Shown piece by piece: positions 14,301 to 25,731 of a DNA stretch of 64,000 bases. The DNA is taken from assembly GCF_964355755.1 (NCBI RefSeq), contig NC_092675.1, forward strand, positions 21,052,912-21,116,911, given 5' to 3'. The DNA comes from Antedon mediterranea. Taxonomy: Eukaryota > Animalia > Echinodermata. A program made the position numbers and the translations under genes. Under the pieces are notes generated by a model, which saw only the letters and a list, made by a program, of their open reading frames with translations, was not told where the DNA came from and did not search any database. Numbering within the stretch: position 1 is the first letter of the stretch; each line of letters begins with the position of its first letter.

Positions 14301-15961
14301 ATCGGTTTTTTCAAGCCAGTGGTGTAGTACTCACTGTATAAACCCCACCTTATAATTGAACACCCTTTATAGTTCTTGTCATCGTTGAGTAGCATTGTGC
14401 TAGTAGAAAGAGCGCAATAACCTTAAAGATACCAATAATGCTAACGTCGAGATTTGGGCTTAGTCGACATTAGTTGAGAAAATCCTCTTGAGCATCTTAA
14501 CTGAAGTCTTTCATATCACACCATGTCATAACTTACCTCTCTTTATTTTAGTCTTGAAATCTTTGAAGAATTTCATGAAGCAAGTTAATGGAAGAAAGAG
14601 TGTTTCTAAAAGTGTTCTTATGAATACGTCTGCTTCATGATGAAAAAGTTCTATAACAAGAAAAACTATGGTTGTTTCAAACTTTTACAGCATAAGAGGC
14701 ACTGGCTCAACATGAGTGGTTGATGTTGCCAACTTGCTGATTGTTGTAAAAAAAACGAGAGATTTCTCACATCAGTTGAAGCTGAAAATCCTTTCAAGTG
14801 GTATAGCCAATCCAAAAATATTTATCCACTATAAACAAAGAAAAAGAAAACAATAGATTTTATTAGTACAATACATATTTCTACCTCATTGAGAATTAGT
14901 ATAAAGAATTATAGTCATGAGTTATGCTTTGTTCTATATCAAATATAGTTACTCATTTTTATGAGCCAATTTTAAACTTTATGGTCGTCGAAACATTACA
15001 AAGTTCATGTTGTTGATGATTATTTTAATTATAATTATTGATATTTTGAATAGTTCTGTATGTTGCTGAAGTCTAACCATGCCAAAATCTGAATAATCTG
15101 CTACAGCATCCTCTCTCTCCTTTGACAAGCTCTTTTTGGCCTTCGTGATTGATCCAACTAAAATTATATTATAGTTATTGTTTGTACTGGGTTTTCAAAC
15201 AATTCATAATGTTAATACTGGGACTAACTATGGCCCACGGCCCAAATTTAGGCAGCGATATAAAATGTTTCTGGAACGGTGGAATAATGAGATTAATTCA
15301 TGTATATTTGGAAAAATCTTTCACATATTTCAATTTATAACTTACTGTACTAGCTTTTAGTAAATAAGAACATCTCTGTGCAATTAAGAATTCGCAGTGG
15401 TGTTTTCTTTCTAACCTGTTATTTTTTACAAAACCTTTTAGGCCCAAATTTAGGCAGCGAAATAAAAAGTTTGCGGAACTGTGGAATAATGAGATTAAGT
15501 CCCAGAAATATTTTGGCCCTAATGGAAATAAATCCTTACAATAATATAAAATACTATTTTCCTTATAACATTTTCAAAGTACTTTAAATGCTAAGATGTG
15601 TGTGGTATGCTACACATGTATATAGATTAAGAAGGAATGTCATATGATTTTATACATATTACATTACAGTATTTTACACTTTTCAGCCTTTAAAATAAAA
15701 TCAATATAATTTACTAATTCTGAATTGATGTAAGAACAAATCAGACAGAGAACTCGCTGCATATATTAGCAATTAGTGTAATTAACAATAGGAACAATAA
15801 TTGAAGACTTGTTGCCATGGCTTAATTAATTCACTACCAAACTGTGGAATTTAATGGATATTCAATACTACAGTAGTAACTATCTACCCACACATTTTAA
15901 TAAAGGGTAATGATGATGGTGTAATGTATTGAGTTGGATAATTATAGATGATCATCTTCTT

Positions 15962-16072
15962 ATGCCTTTTTGTATAAGATGGGTGGAAAAAACAGAACAT
16001 GAGAAAATGCAATTTGCCTTTTTGTATGAGATGGGTTAAAAACACAGAACATGAGAAAATGCTTGATGCCTT
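15962..16072. repeat. Tandem duplication, ~53 bp x2
   Basis: TGCCTTTTTGTAT(A/G)AGATGGGT..AAAA.ACAGAACATGAGAAAATGC occurs twice. Confidence 0.8.
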
Positions 16073-17119
16073 TTACACATATAATATTGTCCATAGCTAA
16101 TTATTAGCCTTGTAATTACTAAAACACATTTTTTAAACTTAAATTTGTGATTTTTAAAACTAGGCACTAGTCTAGTTAAAAGGTATACTGTAGTTGACGA
16201 TTTCGTTTGCATGTCATTTAGGGTGAGGCAAATTCACTTTGGCAATTTCTATTAAGTGCTGCTGCACTACACTATCAATCGATTATGTGTAACATATCTA
16301 CACATACTCTATATTGTGTTTGGGTTGTTGTATACAAAATATTTTCATGTGCAATTTTATAATTGATCGTTTTTCTATTTTAATTTCTACAGTAGTTATT
16401 ACAAATAACTGAATTATCTAACAATATTTAATAAATTATAACAAAATTATCAATCATTTGAATTAGTCTTACTCACTTTATATAACTGTTTAAAAGCATT
16501 ACTAATCACAAGAAATATTTGTCACAATGCGCACAATACCATTAATCTTATACTTTCTACATTATAATTAAGATTATTCAGGTTAATTACTCATAAAAAA
16601 ATAATGCATGAAATTCGTAATACAGTAACGGCTTGCTCTGAAACTGAAAAGCGATAAAGAATGCTATTTCCATTTTCAGTCAAATTGTGGTAAAAACAGT
16701 GGGGTTCTTCACGTTCTTCAGATACACTAGTTCAGTAGTCAAAATCAAATATCACACTTACCGTTAGAGAACAGATGTCAACTGCAAGTAGTTCATAAAT
16801 ATAAACGATAAAGATAGTCGACCTATTTCCTAAATATAACTAAACCTAGGCCTAACCCTCTAAATATGCGCTCTAAATAAAAAAAAAATTGTCACTTGGT
16901 ATCGATCCCTAACGCATAGCCTCACTCATCACTACTCCAGAGTAATCTAGCTCGTCCATTGAACCAGTATTTACTTTTATGAATGGAGAAACAATATGTT
17001 ATACGTGCACCCTAAAACTAAGCATCATTGTTAACCAACAAATCAGAACTGTGTTAATCTACTCGTGAATGAATATTATGAAATATTACTTAAGCCGCGG
17101 CACTGTAGGCCTATGTATG

Positions 17120-17913
17120 TGTTATGCGCGATTTGAACGATTTGCGCAATTTGAAATTGCGCAAAAAAATCCTTGCGCAATAATTCTTGCGCAATTTAAA
17201 ATTGTGCAAGGATTTTTTTGCGCAATTTCAAATTGCGCAATCAACTTGCGCAATTTCAAATTGCGCAAGAAAATCTTTGCGCCATTTTAAATTGCGCTGC
17301 ACAATTTGTAAATTGCGCAAGATAGTTCTTGCGCAATATGACACCTTTGCGCAATTTGAAAACGAACTGTAAATTTTCCCATACATGGCTAGGCTAGGCC
17401 TAGGCAGAGGAGTTTAAAATTTAGTATTTTATTATAAATAAATAAGACCATTTCAATGAAGATAATGTTTAATACTCACTTTTTAAGTTTTTAATATTAG
17501 TTTAAGCTAGGCCATGTAACCTAGTCAGTATCAGTAGTCCAGACCCTAGCTAGGCTAGAGTAGTATAGCCGGCCGCCCGCGACGCGCCCGCCTGGTGGAA
17601 CACCACCGCTTCGTTTTCCTTCGTCGGTTCTTCGACGGTATGCTAACTTATAACAATATTTGCACTACTAAAATAAGGAAATGCGATATTTATCTTTAAT
17701 TTTGAATCATTCTTAGAAATTACTATAAAAATATGGGTGTGCATGATTTCACAATCTGTCGAAAAACCTTGCGCAATTTTCAGATTACTTGCGCAATTTA
17801 ATACGTTGCTTGCGCAATTTGAAACACATGTTTCAATTCAAATTGCGCAAGGATTTTTTTTGCGCAATTTCAAACCTTTCAAATTGCGCAAATCGTTCAA
17901 ATCGCGCATAACA
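17120..17913. mobile_element. Ginger-like non-autonomous DNA transposon (794 bp) with TTGCGCAA-rich subterminal arrays
   Basis: Long TIR TGTTATGCGCGATTTGAACGATTTGCGCAATTTGAAA / TTTCAAATTGCGCAAATCGTTCAAATCGCGCATAACA. TGTTA..TAACA termini and an exact 4-bp TSD TATG (17116-19, 17914-17) fit Ginger (TGTNR ends, 4-bp TSD). Confidence 0.75.
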
Positions 17914-18409
17914 TATGTATTTTTTTAATGGTTGGCTTCAGTCAGCTGTACTTTTCAGCTCCTTAATTCAACCAGGCCTAGGTAGGCCTAGCTAAGACTC
18001 AACAAGTAAGTGGAATTGAATGGAATCTGCTTGACTGCCTGCTGTTGGTTGGCTAAAGAAAGGCATGCTGCATGACACTACTAGGGCCGCCTAGGTTAGA
18101 TAGGCTAGGCCTAGCTAGGCCCTCTAGCCTAGCCTAGGCCTAGGCTAGTAGGTAGATGAAAGGCTAGCCATCATCATGACTGTCTTTTTGTTTGGACAGT
18201 GTCTGAAAAAGCGGAACACAATTTTATAAATGATACGATACGGTTACAATCTAGGTTATAAAATGCTCAGTAAAGGGCATAACATACCTTATTAAATAAC
18301 AACAGTCCAATTTTATGATATTGTGTAGTTATCAACAATGTAAACAAACAAAACCTCGACAACGTTTCCGCTCTGTATCTCTTGTTTGGGACGGAACCAG
18401 CGCTAATAT

Positions 18410-18540
18410 AAACCAGCCAATCAAAACAATGCAATTTGTACCATGTGATTTTTAGGAAGTGCCCGTGTGCGCCCTAGTCACGTGCTTGTTTAAGTGTCTC
18501 TGACCTCTCGGCGGGTCACAAGAGGATGACGTCATGGTAA
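18410..18540 (+). promoter_or_regulatory. Putative STAMBP core promoter, possibly shared bidirectionally with FAM13
   Basis: Cluster of AGCCAATC (18415-22), AGGAAGTG (18454-61), GTCACGTG (18477-84), TGACCT-N6-GGGTCA (18501-18) and TGACGTCA (18527-34), about 550 bp upstream of the first coding-exon acceptor and flanked by TAGGCCTA tracts. Confidence 0.6.
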
Positions 18541-19083
18541 ACAAGTTGTGGGGCAGCAGCAAAAGAAGAAGTTGAGAGGAGGTCTGTCATCATTCAACAC
18601 AAACAAACAACCCAAAAATATTTTTTTAGGTTGATAGTATTTCTATGTAATTGTAGTTTGATTTATTATTAATACCTATGCCTACCTAGCCTTTAAACTA
18701 GCAAGGCCGAGCTAGCTAAAAAGGCCCTCCCTACCTAGGCCTAGTAGTAGTAGTAGGCTAGCCTTTACTTTAGAGAGAGTAACATAGTCGAGCCTAGTCT
18801 CCTAGACTAGAGAGTGACGTTTAGGTTACAGGTACCGGCGGTAGGCAGGCCTACTAGACCTCTAGGCTAGGTAGGCCCTAGTTTAGTTAGTAGTGATGTG
18901 GGCTAGATAGACCCTGCCTTTATATTGCTGACAAATTTGTAGTCTAAAGTTTGGGCGACATTTCAGTTTTATCAAATTTTTTGTTTTGGTTGGATGTAAC
19001 AGTGCAGTAACTAGCAAATCCATATTTTACTATATTAGACATATTCTTTGTTTAAATGTAATGGTTTTTGTTTCAGATTGAAC

Positions 19084-22000
19084 ATGGAATACGATCCCAC
19101 AAAACGTATACGAGCTTTAGGTGACTATGGATCATCTGTTGAGGTTGATAGTACAGTACCTGCAAGAAGGTATCTTCGATCAGGACAAGAAATGATGCGA
19201 ATGGTAATTATAAGCTAATGAGACAATTTTAACATTAAAAAAATTTATGCAAATTACCTATGGAGAAGAGTATTTATTAATATTCACCACTTATTGTTAC
19301 CTCTTTATTGTCACTATTATTAATATTGTCAGTATTAATACTTTATTCTTTCTCACATTTTAGGCTGATGTATATTATGAGGAACACAATTGGCAACATG
19401 CTTTTGTTCTGTACACAAAGTTTATAACGTAGGTGGTGACTGAATTTATTGTGGTTAATCAATAACCTTCAGCTGGAGGTTTACTTACCTGGATAAACCA
19501 ACATTGGCCATTCACTTTCAAGTCTTTGAAGGCAGGTCCCTTCAAGACAATGGTCTTTACCCAGCTAATAATACATAGTTATATAGTATTATTAAACATC
19601 CCTGAAGTCTGCTATATCATCCGGTTTCTTGGAAGAAAGTAATTGTTTAAACTAGAAAAAGAACTCTGTTTTTAAATAACAATAAATGAATTGTGAACAT
19701 TATTGCATGAGATATAGATTTCAATGAATGGAGGAGTAAACATATAATTTATATTTTAGAATTTTTGTTGAGAAATTGCCAAAACATCCAGATTACCAGA
19801 ATGTAAAGTCAAGCAAGTCAGTGGAGATTAAGAAAAACATGAAGGTAAGTTAATAATATTTTATTAATATCATTTACCATTAAATGATGCATCAGTTTAC
19901 AAGTCAAGTCTTATAGTCAAATTTTAAAAATAATTTTATAGTTGAGATACTGTTTATTGTGAAATCAGAATCGGAATTTAAAAAGGAAAATTATTCCAAA
20001 CATAGAACTATGGAACCAAGTGATTACACTCTTGGATTGAGAAAAATGATTTAAAAATAAAAAATTAAAATGTTTAAACCTTTATTTATAGATGATTAAG
20101 TTAGCTTTTCCAAGAGCCGAAGAAACGAAAAAGAAACTTCGTGAAATATTCCAAAAGGAATATGAAATATACTTACGGCAAAAGGTATGCTTGACTTCTT
20201 GATAGGGTTCTACTGTGTTATGATTCCAATGATAGTGATGGTGTTGATTATGATAACATTGACAATGTTGCTCAGGGATTATAAATACTTCTACTATTAT
20301 CATTATCAATGCTATATCTTATTTGTATGTTAGAGTGATAATTGCTTTTAATAAAGTTACAGTAATAAAAAGAGTACATTAATATATTTTATATTTATAA
20401 TCATATAATATGGTAAAATTTGTTTCAGCAACAAGAAGAAGAAGAGGAGGCAAAGAGAGAAGAAGAACATCGTCGCAAATTAGAGGAAGAGAAACGAATT
20501 AGGGAGGAAGAGCAAGCAGCGTTAGAACAGGAAAGAAGAAGGATAGAGGAAGAAAAGGCAAAACAAATAACTGAAGAACAACATAGATTATTAGAAGAAC
20601 AGAAATTGGCTTTGAAGAAAGCCGAAGAGGAACAGAAAATACTACAGCAACAAAGAGAAGCAAAAATAGAGCAAGAAAGACTCGCTGAAAGGGAAAAGAG
20701 GAGACCTCCTGTTATAATTCCTGTTATACCTCCAGGTGCACCATCTGGAATGACTTCACCACAGCCTGGAGAAGGCACTATGAATTTCAACTCTGCCGGA
20801 GGTGTGCCATCTCCAATGCCTGGTGCCATACCGATACCAGGAATGGTACCACAACCAACTGCACCACCAATGCCAGATGATAAGTAAGTGACATTTGATC
20901 TAAAGACTATACAATTATTGGCTTGAAATTACATCTATTTTCTGATTGATAGCTTTAAAGATATATAAATATCTACATATAAAATTTTTATTTTTATAAA
21001 AAGTGTCACCATTTGTTACAATTATCTAAACAACTTTAGAAATAAAGTAGGCTTCTCTACTCCACTGAAACAACCTTTGACTGTCTCAGATTTACAAGCT
21101 TACCTAAGAAATAATTAATTCATTTACTATTATATTGCAGCATTTCAGCGGCTCCAAAAGTTGACCGTTCAAAGAAAGTTGACAGAAGCAGCAAACCGAG
21201 TCACTTGATGCAGGATCCTCCTGCATCGGCACCCATCAATCACTTCGGTTTACGAAGTGTCTTTGTTCCACTAGATGCGGTTCCAAAGTTTCTGGCTTTA
21301 GCGAAACACAATACAAGTAAAAACCTTGAAACCTGTGGTATATTAGCAGGAAAGTTGGTAGGTTACAGCACAGTTCTTGTTTGTATGGTTCCCTATGTTG
21401 TGTGATGTTTCCATATCTCACCCATGTTATATGATGGTCCTCTATCTCACCCATGTTGTTTGATGGATCCCTGTCTCACAAATGTTGTGTGATGGTTCCA
21501 TATCTCACCCATGTTGTGTGATGGTCCTCTATCTCAAACTTATTGTGTGATTGTTCCCTATCTCACCAATGCTGTGTGATGGTGCCCTATCTCACACATG
21601 TTGTGTGATGGTTCCCTATCTCACCCATGTTATGTGATGGTTCCCTATCTCACCAATGGTGTGTGATGGTTCCCTATCTCACCCATGTTATGTGATGGTT
21701 CCCTATCTCACTAATGGTGTGTGATTGCTCTATGCTGATAATCTCTGATATCCGAGATAAGACTGACAAACTTCAGAAGTAGAATGTCCAATAATTTACA
21801 TTGATAAAGAAGTCTCCTACTCGTGAACATTTTTAACTCTGCTGAACACCCTACCACTCTCTCTTCTCCCTTCCCCTGCTCTCACATCTGACCTAGATGT
21901 CTTATATTTCTTTCCATATGAATTACAAATGAATTGTTTATGTTTCTATTATATATAGGCTCGCAACTCTTTCAGTATTACTCATATTGTTGTACCTAAA

Positions 22001-23525
22001 CAAACTTCAACTTCAGACTCCTGTACAGCACTTAATGAAGAAGACATCTTTGACTGTATGGATAACAATGACCTTATAACCCTTGGCTGGATTCATGTAA
22101 GATTCATTAACTGATTTGAATAACGATGATAACTAAAATTTTTATTATTGCTTATGTAAATTAAGTACTAAATATGGCATGCTGTTGTAAAAAATACTTA
22201 TGTAAGTGATTATCGAGTCTTCATATAATAAACGGAACTGTGTATGCACTGTATAGGACCACTTTCACATCAACAAAACTTACACACACTGGGGCACACC
22301 GTACAAAACACTAGTATTCATGCCTGCCTCAGTATACTGTATGGGACGTACTCCATGGCATGTGTAAACTCCAGATTATTGTTTGTATATGTTATTACCA
22401 TCCCTTTCCATCTATCGTTCTGACACTAGTGCAAAGCTCTGTCTACACTATTAAACTTTATGTGACAAAAAAAATGATGTGCCCATATATGAACACTATG
22501 ATGTCATATCAGTACCATGTTTGGGCATATCACTACCATATTTGAGTACATTACACTTTTCTTTTCGAATTAGTTTGACAGTGTAGACAGAGCTTTATAA
22601 GAGGACAGAAATAAGTCTTGGTTTGTTTTTGGTTATGATTTGTTTAATTTCTCCACAGACTCATCCAACTCAGACAGCATTCATGTCAAGCATTGACCTG
22701 CATACTCACTGCCCCTATCAGATAATGCTTCCGGAAGCTATTGCAATTGTTTGTGCTCCAGCACATAATCAGTAAGTGCTTTGTTTTCTATTTACTACTG
22801 TAATGCTGCATGATGACAGTTTAATTATGATATTCTGTTGCTAGCTTAGAGCCATTGGTACTTTGCTGTTACTTCAACCATAGAGATATTATATCTCTAT
22901 GCTTCAACATCATTCAATTTTTCTCTATTCTTATTGACTGTATGTGGCTTTTGCCTCAGTTGAACCTTCATAAAGTTGAGCCACCATGCAAAGAATTATG
23001 TTGATTGTCAGCCAACAATCTTTCATATGGATTGTTAAATTTCAGTAATGTAATATAACGCTATTCTTCTTGAACATCATCCTCTTAAACCACAGCCTAC
23101 ATCAATTTTAAAACCTGATTTGCATATTACGTAGATCAGGAACGAAACAGGCCTAAAATATTTCAGAGAATTTAACTATTAACTATTTTTATTTTCATTT
23201 AAAAAGATGATTATATGTGCTATTTTGCTGCTCTTCCCTTGGTCTAGCAGATTATTTGGTGTAACTTAATCATTACTTTTATTCCACCTACCATTCACAT
23301 TGTTATTATCTTTACTAAGTTGTTTTTTATGTTACAAGAGGACTAATTTTCTTATCTTGCAGGACTGGTGTATTTTCTTTAACGCCGGACTATGGCCTAA
23401 ACTACATTTCATCTTGCAAACAAACAGGCTTTCATCCGCATCCAAAACATCCTCCATTATACGACGAACTGAACCATGTGAAGATGAAGGGAGATCTCAC
23501 AACCATCATAAAAGATCTCAGGTGA
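19084..23525 (+). CDS. STAMBP: STAM-binding protein / AMSH, JAMM (MPN+) K63 deubiquitinase, 9 coding exons, 482 aa
   Basis: Exons 19084-19203, 19364-19428, 19760-19844, 20092-20184, 20429-20883, 21141-21357, 21959-22096, 22659-22771 and 23363-23525 join in frame (1449 nt). N-terminal MIT/USP8-like region ([23 protein letters not shown]), ETCGILAG, intact JAMM motif [23 protein letters not shown]-terminal GFHPH..DLR*. Confidence 0.96.
21392..21727. repeat. Minisatellite, 29-bp unit x ~11, in STAMBP intron 6
   Basis: Tandem CCATGTTGTGTGATGGTTCCCTATCTCAC copies (e.g. 21422, 21451). Confidence 0.92.
22435..22594 (-). mobile_element. MITE family A copy
   Basis: AGCTCTGTCTACACTATTAAACT ... AGTTTGACAGTGTAGACAGAGCT. 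Confidence 0.8.
22879..22901. mobile_element. P-superfamily-like micro-element / excision footprint
   Basis: CTTCAAC|CATAGAGATATTATATCTCTATG|CTTCAAC: a hairpin with an exact 7-bp direct repeat on each side. Confidence 0.7.
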
Positions 23526-25731
23526 AATGGACTATTCCACAAGGGTGTGCTGCTTGAATATTTTATGGCTTGTTGGACAAACGGAACATGGATTGCGATA
23601 ACACCACCATTGAGGTGTTTGAACATTTTATTGCACACCCTTTTTTGGGATAAATAAATGCTATTTGGTGACTGTACAACAAATGATTTCGATAACACCA
23701 CCCTTTAGGTGAAATGGACTGTACCGCTGAATCTGCTGCGGGATCTGCTGTTTAAACATATTTTACTAACTATATCTTGATGTTTCGCTCAAAATTATTC
23801 TACCATCAGAATGTGAATGTAAGGCTTATTTAGAGAACACAAACTTTAAGTCATTAAATTGCTTTTGTGTTCTCTGTAGACTTACTCAGTGGTTTCTCTC
23901 ATGTCTTTTACAGGTGTTTTTATCTTGTGTATTTAGCAATATAAGAATAAAAGGCATTATTTGTTTTCTTCACACATAAGTTAAATAAAGTAAGTAAAGT
24001 AAATAAATTATTTATTTAATTTAAGCTGCATTAAAGGGGTTTTTTTACTAAATAAAATAAAATATTTTTTATTCAATCAACATAATATTAAGTTTCTATA
24101 TTTAAGTTCCAAATTTACATTACTACCGGATTCAACTTATGAGAACCAACAGACCAATTTTGGAAAAGTTAAACAGTGAATACGGTCCATTTTAGTTAAT
24201 TACAGTATCAGACAATCGAGAACATAAACAATGTAAACTAAACAGATATTTAGGTTTTGGTATAAATGTTATTATATATAAAAACTTTATGAGTCGTTGT
24301 TTAATAGTAATACAGTGTTAATAAATACAAAGGAATGAGTATAAATATATTAAAACTTTATAACAAACTTTTTTTGGTGTTTACGTTTTTCTAACTCTTA
24401 CAATTCAAGTATTTCATAACTTTTTACACAAAATTGAAATTATGGAGAACCTTAACTTTTCCTTCATAATACACACAACATTTAATCACCTGTTTGGTCT
24501 TTCCGTGCCTCCTTTTATAATTGTTTTGTCTTCTTTGTTATGTATATGGCAGAAATTGAATAAAAAAAAAAAAAAAAATAATCACACAAGATTTTGGTGT
24601 TGTGTGTGATAGAGAAAATTACAAATATGTCGCCCTCTTTAGTTTTACCGGTCGCCATCATCAATTATTAGTTTGTTTTGATTTGTTGTTATTTTGTGTG
24701 CGTAGAAACACCTTTTTTGTTCATGATGCATGTTAGTATGATTATATTTCGTAATATTTAATATAAGATGATAATAATGTAATTCGTATTCTGTATATTA
24801 TTATTGTTGGTCATATAAGTTAAAATGTGTAAACCTGTGCATATGCTAGGCCTCTCTCTAGCCTAGGCCTAGGCCTACTACACTAGGCCTAGGCTACTAG
24901 GCCTACTAGAATGGCTAGGCCTAGCCTAGTACTACTATATAGTAGTAGCCAGCCAGAACAGCAGGCCTCCCCTACTACTACTACTACTAGCCTAGTGCAA
25001 GCCTACCAAGACCACTATCTAGGGCCTAGCCGGTTCAGGTATAGGCTATCTAGTTAGGGCTTGTAAGCTAGTTAGGCACCTGGCTAAGACGAATTGTTGC
25101 TGTAGGCCTAGGTGAAAAAATTATTTTTATTTATTTATTTATTTATCTCAAATAGCCGCTTTAGCGTATGTGACGCATGGTGGGAAGTGTTTGGGAGCAA
25201 ACGTCACAACGCGCACATACGTGACTTGTTGTTTGTATGTATGCATTGTGACTTTTGCTCCCAAATTCTTCCTATCGTGCAATGACGTTCCTCGCGAAAT
25301 CGAGCTATTTGCAATAAACCTTATGCATGGTTACGTACATGTCCGCCAACTGCCCAATTGGGCCATCCGGCCTTCGAAATCTTTAAAAAACCCATCACTC
25401 TAGGTAATGGTAAGGTAAAGATGTCATGAGTAAAACATGATGACGAGAACAAAACTATTTGTGAATCGAACCTACAAAATCACTCGATCCCTAGCGAAAC
25501 AAATTAGCATTGATCTTTGTATGATTACTGTAAAATGTGCAAGCGTTGACAAACTCTAAACACAGACTTTATTTAACTACAATTATGCAATGTGGGTAAC
25601 GAACATCCTCAATGGGCCTCAAGCTATTTTTCATTAAAACCAAAAAAGTATATAATATTCTGTTTTAATTCATAATTTTTTTTAGATTGTATAATGTAAT
25701 TCATTGTATAATTGCAAGCTGACCAATTGCA

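Noticed and set aside
17069-17928. ORFs with AQF/RNFKL repeats
   Set aside because: Translations of the TTGCGCAA arrays in the MITE.
19483-19500. TACTTACCTGG resembling the U1 snRNA 5' end
   Set aside because: No U1 body or Sm site follows. TACCTGGATAAACC also occurs inverted at ~55190, so it is likely a repeat fragment.
20425-20829. 134-aa minus-strand ORF, also ORFs 10085-10354, 26730-26954 and 41192-41491
   Set aside because: Antisense or alternative-frame shadows of real exons, with no independent support.
23523-23760. Selenocysteine recoding of the STAMBP TGA
   Set aside because: DLR* is the normal AMSH C-terminus and I could not recognise a SECIS core.
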